From assembly GCA_963844715.1 (NCBI GenBank), contig CAWJPJ010000003.1:39458-103457 (forward strand): a stretch of 64,000 nt of DNA, given 5' to 3'. The position numbers and the translations under genes were made by a program. The DNA is from an uncultured Phycisphaerales bacterium. Its GTDB lineage: Bacteria > Planctomycetota > Phycisphaerae > Tepidisphaerales > Tepidisphaeraceae. Shown piece by piece: positions 1 to 9,496 of the stretch; position 1 is the first letter of the stretch, and each line of letters opens with the position of its first letter. The notes beneath the pieces are model-generated. The model had not been told where the DNA came from, did no database searches, and saw only the letters and a program-made list of their open reading frames with translations.

Positions 1-127
1 GGTAAAAAAAGAATTTAACCGCGGATTTCGCGGATGAACGCGGATAAATCAAAGACAAGAACTTCGAGCTTACTTGTCTTCTCCGCGTCTTCCTCCGCGT
101 CTCGGCGGCTCCGCGGTTGTATTTGAT

Positions 128-1481
128 TCATCTCCCCAGCAGCACCCGCTCCACAAACCCCGTATCCACATCCCCGCGAACGGAAATTCGGATTATCCAT
201 GATCTGCATCTGCAGCGGGATCGTCGTCTTGATCGGCGCAATATGAAATTCGCCCAGCGCCCGCTTCATCGCCGCGATCGCCGCCGCGCGCGTCGGGCGA
301 TGGACGATCAGCTTGCCGATCATGCTGTCGTAATTCGGCGGGATGCGATAGCCCGCGTAGACATGGCTGTCCAGCCGCACCCCGGGCCCGCCGGGCATGC
401 GCAATTCTGTGATCAACCCCGGCGACGGCGCGAAGTTCCTCTCCGGATCCTCCGCGTTGATCCGGCACTCGATCGCGTGGCCCGTCTCGCTGCACGTCCT
501 TCTGCTTGAAGCTCAGCGGCGAACCCGAGGCAATGCGAATCTGCTCCTTGATCAGGTCGATCCCGGTCACCTGCTTCCGTCACCGGGTGCTCCACCTGAA
601 TCCGCGCATTCACTTCCAGTAGATAAAAATGCTGTTTCGGCATCGACCAGAAACTCGACGGTCCCCGCGTTCACATATCCGGCCGCCTTGACCAGTCGCA
701 CCGCCGCCTCGCACAGCTTTTGCCGCGTCTCGTCCTTGAGCAGCGGGCTGGGCGATTCCTCCACCAGTTTCTGATGCCGCCGCTGCATCGAGCAGTCGCG
801 TTCCCAGAGATGGCAGGCGTTGCCGTGATGGTCTGCGATGATCTGCACCTCGACATGCCGCCCGAACTCCACGTATTTTTCGATATAAACCGTCGAATCC
901 TTGAACGCGTTCTCCGCCTCGGCCTGTGCCTGCTTCGAGCCCCGCCCGGAGAGACACATCGTTATGCGCCACGCCGCATCCCTCGCCCGCCGCCTCCCGC
1001 CGCCGCCTTGATGATGACCGGATACCCGATCTCCTCCGCCAGCTTCAGCGCGATCTTCTCATCGTCCACCGCTCCGTCGCTGCCCGGCACCGTCGGCACC
1101 TTGGCTTTCTTCGCCAGTTTCTTGCACGCGACTTTGTCCCCCACCGCCGCCATCGCCGCCACTGGCGGGCCGATGAACTCGATCTTGCAGCTTCGGCACA
1201 CTTCCGCGAAGTGATCGTTCTCGGCCAGAAACCCATACCCCGGATGAATCGCCTGCACGTCCGCGATCTCCGCCGCGGAGATGATCCGCGGGATATTGAG
1301 ATAACTTTCCGCCGGCGACGCTTCGCCAATGCAGATCGCCTGGTCCGCCAGCTTCAGATATGCCGCGTCCCGGTCGGCCGTGGAATAGACGACCGCCGTC
1401 TGCACGCCCAGCTCCCGGCAGGCGCGGATGATCCGCAAGCGCGATTTCCCCACGATTGGCAATCAAAATCTTTGAAAACAT
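128..1481 (-). CDS. accC: Acetyl-CoA carboxylase biotin carboxylase subunit (split by several frameshifts)
   Basis: Successive ORF pieces give [72 protein letters not shown] and [10 protein letters not shown]. An alternative frame ends [15 protein letters not shown] at 128. Confidence 0.95.
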
Positions 1482-1948
1482 TTCCGTTGATTCCTGTCAG
1501 CGGTTCGTCGGCGTGAAAAAGCCCAGATGATGCGGCGCAATGAATCAATGCACACGCAGTTTTGATCCCGGCTCAGCCGTCCAAGCCTGGGATGAATGCC
1601 AAACTCTCCCGTTAAATTCCTTCAATCTCCTCCAGCGATGCCAAAAACTCGTCCACCGCGGATCTCCGGGCGTTCGCCGCCGGGGTGACCGATCCGGCGC
1701 ATGCACTCCCGCCGGTATCCGGCCCGTCGCCAGCAAGATCCGCGCGTCTTCCACTGCACTGCTCGCTTCGCCGGCTGACGCCGGCAAATGCGGCCACGGC
1801 CGCATCGAAAACCGAACCGCCTTGTTCAAATGCCAGCAAATCTGCCGCAACGATTCCAATTCCCGGCCTGGGTGTAGCCGGGACGAAGCCGCCGCACTTC
1901 CGCCGCCACAGCATCCGCGTCGGCGAATTTGAGCCTGCGACGCTGCGC

Positions 1949-2391
1949 TCACGGCTCTACGAGGAAAAGCACCTGTCCGAACTCCACCGCCTGCCCGTTG
2001 CCCACCAGAATTTTCGCGATCTTCCCACTGCAATCCGCCTTCACGTTGTTGAACACCTTCATCGCCTCGATCACGCAAACGTCCGTCTCTTCGTTCATCT
2101 CCGCGCCGACCGACACAAACGGCTTGGCGTCCGGGCTGGTGGCGGTATAGAAGGTCCCCACCATCGGACTTTTGATTCGGAATCAGATGGCCGATCGCCG
2201 CCGCCTCGCCGCCATTCCCCGCCGCCTTCGCCGGCGCAGGCGCGCCGCTGGCGCCGCCCACTATCGCGCACCGCCGCCTCTGCCGGGCCTCGCTTCATAA
2301 TCACCCGCTTCGTCCCGTCCTGCAAATCAACCATATTCAGATCGTTAGCCTGCATCAGCTGCACGATCTGCTGCAGATGTGCCACATCCAT
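1949..2391 (-). CDS. accB: Biotin carboxyl carrier protein (frameshifted)
   Basis: N-terminus [19 protein letters not shown]-terminal MVGTFY...VIEAMKVFN...VEFGQVLF carries the biotinyl EAMK motif. Lies upstream of accC. Confidence 0.93.
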
Positions 2392-2484
2392 GGGTCCCCC
2401 AGACTTCGGCGACGCAGCCGGGATTTTCGGTTGGTTTTGGCAGGCCGGGTTTTTTTTCACTCAAGATGGCAGCCCTCAAATGTC

Positions 2485-3588
2485 TTATCCAAGCGTCGAT
2501 AATACTTCGCGCCCACTATGGGTGATCAGCACATCGTCCTCGATCCGCACACCCCCCTCGCCCGGTAGATAAATCCCCGGCTCGACCGTCACAATCATAC
2601 CCGGTCGCAACTCTTCTTCCTCCGCCGATTTCGCGCAACGCCGGTAACTCGTGTATTTGCAAGCCGATACCGTGTCCCAACCCATGTCCAAACTGCTCCC
2701 CAAACCCCGCCTTTTCGATCATGTCACGCGCCACCCGGTCCGTCTGTTTCGTCGTCACCCCCGGCCTCAAAAAGTCGATCGCCGCAAGCTGCGCTCCAAC
2801 ACGACCCCGTAAATCTTCTTAAATCTGGGCACTCACCCGCCCGATCATCAGCGTCCGCGTCAAATCGCTGCAATACCCCCGATAAATCGCGCCCCAGTCG
2901 ATCAGCAGCGGCTCATCCCGCTTCACGACCACATCCCCGGCCGATAGTGCGGCAAGCTGCTGTTCGCCCCCGCCGCCACGATCACCGGAAAACTGCTGTC
3001 GCTCGCCCCCCGGCTTCGCAGCTCCAAAATCAACTGCCCCGCCAGATAATTCTCCGTCAGCCCCGCCTCAATCTCCCCCAAAAGCGCCGTGTACGCCTCC
3101 TCCGCGATCTCGACGCTCTTGCGTATCAGCGCGATTTCATGATCGTCCTTCACCTTCCTGATCCCCACCAGACGTTCTCCAACGGCACCAGCTCAACGTC
3201 TTGGTCTTGCCGCCCATCAATCGACTTGTCGATGGCATGAATCTCCCCAAACGTCGCTCCATTGGCCTCGAAATCCCACCCGCTTCACCTTCGCCGCCCA
3301 GCATCGCCTCGGCCAGCGCTTCGGCCATCTTCCCCTCCCGCATGATCATCTTCACCCACCCCGCCTCTTTCTGCGCCTGCTCCGTATACCGAAAATCCGT
3401 TACCAGCACGATCTCGCTTGGCGGTGATGATCCCAACCGAATCCTCCCCCGTAAAATCCGTGAGATAGCACAAATCCGCCGGCGTCGTCAGCAGCATCGC
3501 GTCCAAATTCAAACGCTGCAACGCCTCGCGGACAATCTTATGCCGGGCCTTGAGATACGCTTTACGCGCTGGTCGAAGTGGTCTTCAT
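2485..3588 (-). CDS. Xaa-Pro peptidase, M24 family (frameshifted; start approximate)
   Basis: Fragments [54 protein letters not shown] and [23 protein letters not shown]. Confidence 0.9.
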
Positions 3589-3617
3589 TCAAAATACATC
3601 CAAATGGGATAAGAAAT

Positions 3618-3648
3618 AGGCGGGCGGAACGTTAAGTCCCGCCCGCCT
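3618..3648 (-). terminator. GC-rich hairpin, possible intrinsic terminator
   Basis: AGGCGGGCGG...CCGCCCGCCT stem, followed on the minus strand by ATTTCTT. Confidence 0.4.
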
Positions 3649-3689
3649 CATTGTCAATTTGGTTCATGCCGCACAATTCGGCGGTCATC

Positions 3690-4528
3690 CTAGGGCCTGT
3701 CTGATGAATCCAAAATCCTGAAATAGCGACGGATCATGGCGAGCTTGGCCATGGCCTGAAAGTTCACCGCCAGTTTCTCGTAACGCGTGCCCAGGCGGCG
3801 ATTCTCCTTCATCCAATTCACGCAACGCTCCACCACGTTCCGTCGGCGATACGCCTTGCGATCAAAGTTCTCCTGCGGCGGCTGATTCGATTTCGCCGGG
3901 ATCACCGCTTGGATTCGGTGGCGACGCAGCCATCGCCGCACATTTCCGTAACTGTATCCCTTGTCGCCCGCCAGCCTCCTGGGGCGACGACGGCGGCGAC
4001 CGATGCGCATCGCGTTCATCACCGGCTCCACGTACCGGCTCTCGTGGCATTGGCCGGCGCTGGCCTCGACGGCGAGCGGAACTCCCTGGCCGTCAGTAAC
4101 CAGGTGGAGCTTGCTGCCCCACCCGCCTCGGCTGCGGCCCAACGCGTGATCCGCCGGTTCTTCCGGGGCGGTTTTGATTTTCTGGCTCCGGCGGCGGATC
4201 GACTGGCTCGCACATTGGTGCCGTCGATGCACCACAGGTCCCAGTCGATTCGTCCTTGCTTGTCCAACCTCATCTGCAGCCGCTGGAGGATTCGATCAAT
4301 CGTTCCGTCCTTTCTCCAGCGGTTGAAGCGGTCGTAGACGCTTTGCCATCTGCCGTAACGTTCGGGCATCTCGCGCCATCGAGCGCCCGAGTGCAGAATC
4401 CAGAACATGCCGTTGAGCGTGGTGCGGTGGTCGTTCCACTGCCCGCCGCGCTTGCCGTTGCCGGGCAGCAGATCGCCGATCAACTCGTACTGCTCATCCG
4501 TGAGCTCATAACGTCGCATCCGTGACAC
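3690..4528 (-). CDS. IS5/IS427 transposase, two overlapping ORFs (4019-4528 and 3690-4235)
   Basis: OrfA has YELTDEQY...LNGMFWILHSGARWREMPERYGRWQSVYDRFNRW...IDGT. OrfB has LGRSRGGWGSKLHL...LAGDKGYS...YRRRNVVERC. Confidence 0.93.
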
Positions 4529-4582
4529 CTCGTCTGAAAACCGCTATTTATAACCAAAAGCGATTCATCAGACAGGCCCTAG
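3690..4582 (-). mobile_element. IS5-family (IS427 group) insertion sequence
   Basis: Perfect 17-bp terminal IRs GGCCTGTCTGATGAATC (3694-3710) and GATTCATCAGACAGGCC (4562-4578), each flanked by CTAG. Confidence 0.93.
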
Positions 4583-5622
4583 CTAGAACGTCCATCCCAC
4601 GCCAAGGGTGTAAATGATGTTATTCCGCACGCTCCCCGGTGCAGGCTGCGAGTTGTAATCCCACTCCGCCTTGACCTCGGAAAACATGGTCTTCGTCAGC
4701 GCCTACCCTCAAACCGACGTCGCCGATCATCAGGATATCTCGAACGTCCTGAATCGACGGGAAGAACTGCACGTTATGGAACACCTTCAGATTCGTCCCC
4801 CAGAACGCCGCGTCCACGTGATACGCCAATCGCGCCGAGAACTGCTCGCTGGCCGTGGGCTGAGTCGTGTAGTCCTGATAAACCCACGCCAATCCCGCTT
4901 CAGTGTCGAAGTTCAGATTCGCCTGCTCGACCCACTGATATCCCGCACCCGCGCCAGGCGTCAGCCGCAGGTCCAGGAAGTTGATCCGGTCCTTCTCCAC
5001 GCCGCCCAAACGCGTTGCCGTAAAACTGCGGAGTGAAGAACAGGTCATACTTCGCAGCGATGTGCCAGTTATCCGCCGTCGTCGTCTGCACACCCGCGAT
5101 GCGCTGGCTGGCAAACTGATACGCCGCCCCAAACGTGATCCGATCGTCGTCGCTGCGCCGCTGCGCATCGATCGATGCCCCCATCTGGGTCGTCGTCGTC
5201 ACGCCGCGGTTATATAACGCATTCAAAACCACCGACCCCGCCCATTTCACCGGCGGCGGGTTAATCTTCGTCATGCTCGACAGCGGCACGGGCTGCGGCT
5301 CAATCGCCCCGCCCGCCCCCGTCACCACCTGGCCGTCCTTCCCCTTGTCCACCTTCTCGTTCAGCACCGTCCCGTCGCTCAGCACAATCTTAATCGGCCC
5401 CTCAGTCGAGAACGTCGACACATCGCTCATATTGACGGTCACATCCCCCATCAACGCCGTCGAAACGATCATCTTCCCGCCGTCGACGGATGTAATCGTC
5501 CCGGTGATGTGGTCCCCATTTTTAAGAACCACCTCATCCGCGCATGCGGCATTCGCCCCCCAGAAAAGACATGCCACGGCCAAACAAGCCGACAACCCAA
5601 GCCCGCACACCCGATGTCCCAT
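4583..5622 (-). CDS. DUF481/YdiY-like outer-membrane beta-barrel protein (frameshifted)
   Basis: Signal peptide then ADEVVLKNGDHITGTI, alternating beta-strands, and C-terminal IYTLGVGWTF*. AAGGAG RBS precedes ATG 5622. Confidence 0.8.
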
Positions 5623-5890
5623 TCGATTCTCCTTTCGCCCCAAAACCAGCCCAACATTTGAAGGCAATAACCCAATAATTGCAAGAATAATAAACTGCCG
5701 TAACCCCTGTCGTCCGATAACTTTACAATTCTCAATCCCCGTTCCCCACGATCCCGTCGCGCCTCCCAATCGTAATCATAATCCTAATCGTCTTTTGAAT
5801 TTCCCCATGCAGAAGACGCCCGATGCCCCACGCGAAGCACGCCTTCGAAAAATTCCACCGGACGATCCCTCAGCTGCCCAAAATATTCCT

Positions 5891-7279
5891 CTAGAACGGA
5901 TCCACCTGATCCCTCAGCGGAATTTGGATATATCGCCCGGGATCCCCTTCATTGAGTGTGTCCACGATGGCGTGCGCATCCTCAAGATTCACATCCGCTT
6001 GCTCGCCGGTTTCGGTGTCTTCGACCGTGCGATATCCGCGGATGATTTCGTCTTCGTTGTCGAAGCTGCGATTGGCGATCAGTTGACGCTGATTCATGTC
6101 GGAAATGATCTGCTCGGTTTGCTCCTGATTGGCCTGTATATTCGCCTGGATCTGACTCAACGCGTTCTGCATCGCGGCCGTGTTCGCTTGCCCGTTGGCC
6201 AGCGCCTTTTGAACGTCCGGGTTATAGGAATGCCAGATGGCGATCATCGTCGGCATTTCCTTGGCGAAAATATTATCCGGAGCGCTGACCCCGCTGATGC
6301 ATAATTGCCATCCCCCGTGAAGCGGGGCCAGGTGGTTCGTGGTCGTTTGCGCGATCGCCTGGCGGACCACCGTCCCGCTCGGATTGCCGATGTTGGCCTG
6401 GTATTGCACAAACGAGCTTTCAATATCCGGGTGAGCCGGGTCCGCCGGCAGCGCTTTGATGCCGATGATCTGTTTGATTGCCTGCGATGGACCGCCGTGC
6501 GCTACCGAAGTCTGACTCCAATAGGGAAAGATCGCCTGCAGGGCATCCGCTCCGCTCGCGTAAGCAGCGATCGCGTATCCATCGGCGGGCTTCACGTGAT
6601 ACTGAATCGCCATTTGACGCGATCGCTGCTGCGATACCGCTTCGGGCGAGCCCGGCGCCAGAACCACCATCGTAAGCATGATCGCGACTTGCTCTTCATC
6701 CGGCCCGGCCACAATCACCGTGCCCATGTTGTTGGATTGGGCGATTTTCCATCCGTCCGGAAGCCCGATGGTTCCCACGCCATCCCCGAAGGACGTCGTG
6801 GTCAGCTTAATGCTAGAAGGAAGATCGGCCAGCAGCGCCGACCAATCGCTCGCCGGGCAGTTTGCCACGGCGTAAACGATGCAAACCATCACCCCGTCCG
6901 GCCCGGTGCCCACCAGGATCGACCCTTTCACGGCTGTTCCGCTGACGGTTGCCGTGAAGTTAACTCCCCCGCCATGATCGCTTTTGCCGTCCACAAATCC
7001 GCTGGTGAGAACAGGCTTCACGCCCAGGATTTTCGCGACATCCGGAATCGCGGCATCCAGTGCCGCCCGGGCGCTGGTCCCCGCCTTCACGCAGCAGATC
7101 GCCCGGCCAGAAGCGTTGAACCCCGTCTCCCCGTAACTAAGCGTCCTGAAATCCACCCCGCCCGGCGGCTGCGCCAGCGGATCGCTCTGCCCCAAAGCCA
7201 ACGGCGCCATCGCCCCGGCAAATAGAAATATCGCCAGTGAAAACCAACCCATCCCCCACTTCAACTCATTAAGTCGCAT
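5891..7279 (-). CDS. Secreted hypothetical protein (~462 aa)
   Basis: Long uninterrupted ORF with an N-terminal signal-like hydrophobic segment and a Q/N-rich coiled region near the C-terminus. No recognisable family. Confidence 0.7.
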   Translation of the reverse strand: MRLNELKWGMGWFSLAIFLFAGAMAPLALGQSDPLAQPPGGVDFRTLSYGETGFNASGRAICCVKAGTSARAALDAAIPDVAKILGVKPVLTSGFVDGKSDHGGGVNFTATVSGTAVKGSILVGTGPDGVMVCIVYAVANCPASDWSALLADLPSSIKLTTTSFGDGVGTIGLPDGWKIAQSNNMGTVIVAGPDEEQVAIMLTMVVLAPGSPEAVSQQRSRQMAIQYHVKPADGYAIAAYASGADALQAIFPYWSQTSVAHGGPSQAIKQIIGIKALPADPAHPDIESSFVQYQANIGNPSGTVVRQAIAQTTTNHLAPLHGGWQLCISGVSAPDNIFAKEMPTMIAIWHSYNPDVQKALANGQANTAAMQNALSQIQANIQANQEQTEQIISDMNQRQLIANRSFDNEDEIIRGYRTVEDTETGEQADVNLEDAHAIVDTLNEGDPGRYIQIPLRDQVDPF

Positions 7280-7343
7280 CACGCCTCTCTTTCCAAAAAC
7301 CCAATCGCCAAGCATCACCGGAAATTACTTACTGCCCCTGGCC

Positions 7344-7685
7344 ATCCTAATCTTTCTCTTACTCTTAATCCTCTTCATAATCATAATCATAATCTTAATC
7401 CTAATCCCATTCTCTGAGTCCCCCCGATCCGCAAATGTTTTCGATGCGCGGAAGCGCTTTTGGGCAAAAGGTAACACTTTTGTTGTGAATGGCGGATTGG
7501 GCAACCGGGGTGGCTTGCGGGAAATATAATTTACATTGAACAAACTCCGGAAGACTCGCGAGCAGCCAGAAGCGACGACTCGCATTTTCTAGCCGCTTGC
7601 GACTGGTCCAATCCTAATCTTTCTCTTGCTCTTACTCTTAATCCTCTTCGTAATCATAGTCTTAATCGTAATCCTAATCTCTGAG
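7344..7685. repeat. Two ~75-bp degenerate (TAATCN)n hexamer units at 7344-7418 and 7611-7685; shorter copy at 5768-5792
   Basis: Both units start ATCCTAATCTTTCTCTT, contain ACTCTTAATCCTCTTC and runs of TAATCA/TAATCG/TAATCC, and end TCTCTGAG. Confidence 0.8.
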
Positions 7686-7698
7686 ATGCCCGCCGTTA

Positions 7699-7989
7699 TC
7701 ACGCCGCAATTCTGCACACTTTTAGCCTTTTCGCTTTCCGTCGCGCTTTCCAAAGATCAAACTGCATCTGCTGGCTAAGCCACGACTCCGGGCTGGTGTT
7801 GAAGGCGATGGACAGCCGGATCGCCATCTCCGGGCTGATCCCCGCCCTACCGTTGAGCAATTCCGAGAGGCTTTTGCGACTGACGCCCAGCGCCTTTGCC
7901 GCCGCGGTCACCGAAAGCCGAAGCGGCTCCAGACAAAGCGATCGAATCACTTCGCCGGGATGAGGGGGGTTGTGCATACGCAAGCTCAT
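7699..7989 (-). CDS. higA: HigA family antitoxin (HTH)
   Basis: [12 protein letters not shown]...[50 protein letters not shown]. Confidence 0.93.
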   Translation of the reverse strand: MSLRMHNPPHPGEVIRSLCLEPLRLSVTAAAKALGVSRKSLSELLNGRAGISPEMAIRLSIAFNTSPESWLSQQMQFDLWKARRKAKRLKVCRIAA

Positions 7990-7998
7990 ATTCCGCTC

Positions 7999-8277
7999 CT
8001 AATGGTAATCCACGTGATCGACATCGAACACATCGGGGCCTTCAAATCGGAAGGTCACCCTCCAATTCCCGCTCACGTCAACCGCAAAATACCCGCTCAA
8101 GCCGCCTTTCAAGGGATGCAGCCGAAGTCCCGGCAGCGCCATGTCCCCCGGCCTCTGCGACACCGAAAGGCGGGCGAGAATCAAACGGAGTTTCTTCGCA
8201 TGATCGGCCCGGATTCCAGATTTCTTTCCAGAGACAAAGAACTTTTCCAGCCCTTTGTGTCTGAACGATCGGATCAT
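7999..8277 (-). CDS. higB: HigB/RelE family toxin
   Basis: MIRSFRHKGLEKFF...LHPLKGGLSGYFAVDVSGNWRVTFRF...VDYH. Toxin precedes antitoxin. Confidence 0.93.
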   Translation of the reverse strand: MIRSFRHKGLEKFFVSGKKSGIRADHAKKLRLILARLSVSQRPGDMALPGLRLHPLKGGLSGYFAVDVSGNWRVTFRFEGPDVFDVDHVDYH

Positions 8278-8287
8278 CGCACGAACG

Positions 8288-8316
8288 ATTGTAACCCGAC
8301 ACGTTACGGGTGTCAA
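8288..8316 (-). promoter_or_regulatory. higBA sigma70 promoter with overlapping operator
   Basis: TTGACA (8316-8311), 17 bp, TACAAT (8293-8288). Inverted repeat GTAAC-N7-GTTAC at 8291-8307. Confidence 0.8.
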
Positions 8317-8399
8317 CCCGATATATTGGGTGCCGACATTTAGGGGCTTTCGGTACGGTCATCTTATTATTGTGATCCCCGGAAATTGGTGGCTGTCCC

Positions 8400-8730
8400 T
8401 CGTTACTCGAATCCACCGCGAATTGCGACTCAACGGATTTGAGCGGCTGGCCGCTGCGCTCAATCAAGTCCAGTAGGATGGGATACAGGTCCGGGGATTC
8501 CAGATAGTTCAAAACCGAATTGAAGTGCGGAACCTTGTCGATGAATCCCTTGGCTTGCGCATCGCATAGGTCACTGGTAAAGCGCCGGGCGCTCATCGTG
8601 CAGTAGACCTTGAACACGGCGGCGAACACGGCATCCGAAGTGGATAACCGGCGCTGGCCACGTCCCGATTGTTCTGGCGTCGGAAGGTTGCCGCAAAGCG
8701 CCGCCAGCAACTTTTGTCCGGTTTCGTCTC
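8400..8730 (-). pseudogene. Truncated DDE transposase fragment
   Basis: KVYCTMSARRFTSDL...PHFNSVLNYL...FAVDSS resembles the region leading into the first D of IS4/IS5-superfamily transposases. The rest of the gene is missing. Confidence 0.55.
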
Positions 8731-9014
8731 CTCTCAGCCTTGGTGCCGGAGTTTACCCGCCGCGGCGGGTCCCTTCGTCTCTCACCCCCCGGTGACTCAA
8801 TCCCTCGATTTTTCAAAACGTGACATTTCGAGACATTCTGAGACAAGGGCCCCGCGCCACGCCCCCAAAAACCCACTCCGTTTGGCGACCGTGACATCGA
8901 TGTGACAGCCCCTGTGACACGTAGCCCGAGGCTTAAAGGCCGGGGATTGGGATGAGGAGGCCGGGCCGAAGGCAACTGGCCTACGGTGAGTTCGTGGAGG
9001 GGGGAACTAACCCT

Positions 9015-9115
9015 TGAGCAGTAGAACAGGTGATCAGTAGACCGGTCGCCGCGGCGACTTCCCAAGACTCTGAGCAGTAGATCAGTAGAACAGTAGACCG
9101 GTCGCCGCGGCGACC
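9015..9115. repeat. Tandem REP-like doublet (2 x 44 bp)
   Basis: TGAGCAGTAG...CAGTAGACCGGTCGCCGCGGCGAC at 9015-9058 and 9071-9114. Each contains the perfect palindrome GTCGCCGCGGCGAC preceded by GTAG. Confidence 0.75.
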
Positions 9116-9135
9116 TCTGTTGGCCTGCTGGCCAA

Positions 9136-9193
9136 CGGAGAGGGGGAGATTCGAACTCCCGCTACCCTTTCGGGCAGACCGGTTTTCGAAACC
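9136..9193 (-). other. 3' half of tRNA-Ser(CGA): att site (displaced tRNA fragment)
   Basis: Minus strand GGT-TTCGAAA-ACCGG-TCTGCCCGAAAGGGTAG-C-GGGAG-TTCGAAT-CTCCC-CCTCTCCG gives the anticodon loop, long variable arm, T arm and acceptor 3' strand. The D arm and 5' acceptor strand are absent. Confidence 0.88.
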
Positions 9194-9423
9194 AACCTGA
9201 CGCCGACACAAGCAATGATACAGGAGCAAGTTGCGATCCGGCAACAACTGGCTTGCCTGCGAGCTTGCGCACAGCATTGGAACACTACCCGGAATTGTGC
9301 AAGCTCATCGAATCGTGGCCGCACCTTCCGTCGCCTATGCGGATTGGGATCATTGCCATGGTGGAAAGTAGCGACAAAGACCGATGAACAATGTCCGATA
9401 ATTCATTTCATTAAAATGGCCTA

Positions 9424-9495
9424 TTTCAACGTTCGTTGAAACGCTCAATTCAGTGTTGACGATAGCCGATTTCATCCATAGGATATCTTTCAACG
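9424..9495 (+). promoter_or_regulatory. AbiE operon promoter with inverted-repeat operator
   Basis: TTGACG (9456), 17 bp, TAGGAT (9479). IR TTTCAACG-TT-CGTTGAAA at 9424-9441, with an extra TTTCAACG half-site at 9488-9495. Confidence 0.65.
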
Positions 9496-9496
9496 G

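Noticed and set aside
16..120. CGCGGA/CCGCG-rich short repeats after accC
   Set aside because: Probably REP-like intergenic sequence, but too short and too near the window edge to define.
1545..1930. Possible gene between accB and accC (ORFs 1612-1914 and 1545-2261)
   Set aside because: No recognisable motif, and the frame is uncertain in an error-rich region.
128..5622. Mass pseudogenisation or programmed frameshifting of accC, accB, the peptidase and DUF481 (and later hppA, adk, hypF, hypA, R-M, relaxase)
   Set aside because: The breaks are single-base indels with motifs intact on both sides, even in essential acc genes. This is typical of unpolished long-read consensus and needs read-level checking before any biological claim.
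7325..7585. ORF with an IRIKIMIMIMKR tail
   Set aside because: It is the translation of the TAATCN repeat, not a credible protein.
9015..9115. Mini-CRISPR array
   Set aside because: Only two units 12 bp apart and no cas genes. The same applies to the 96-bp repeat at 25609.
9136..9193. Functional tRNA-Ser gene
   Set aside because: The 5' acceptor strand and D arm are absent, so it is treated as an att remnant.
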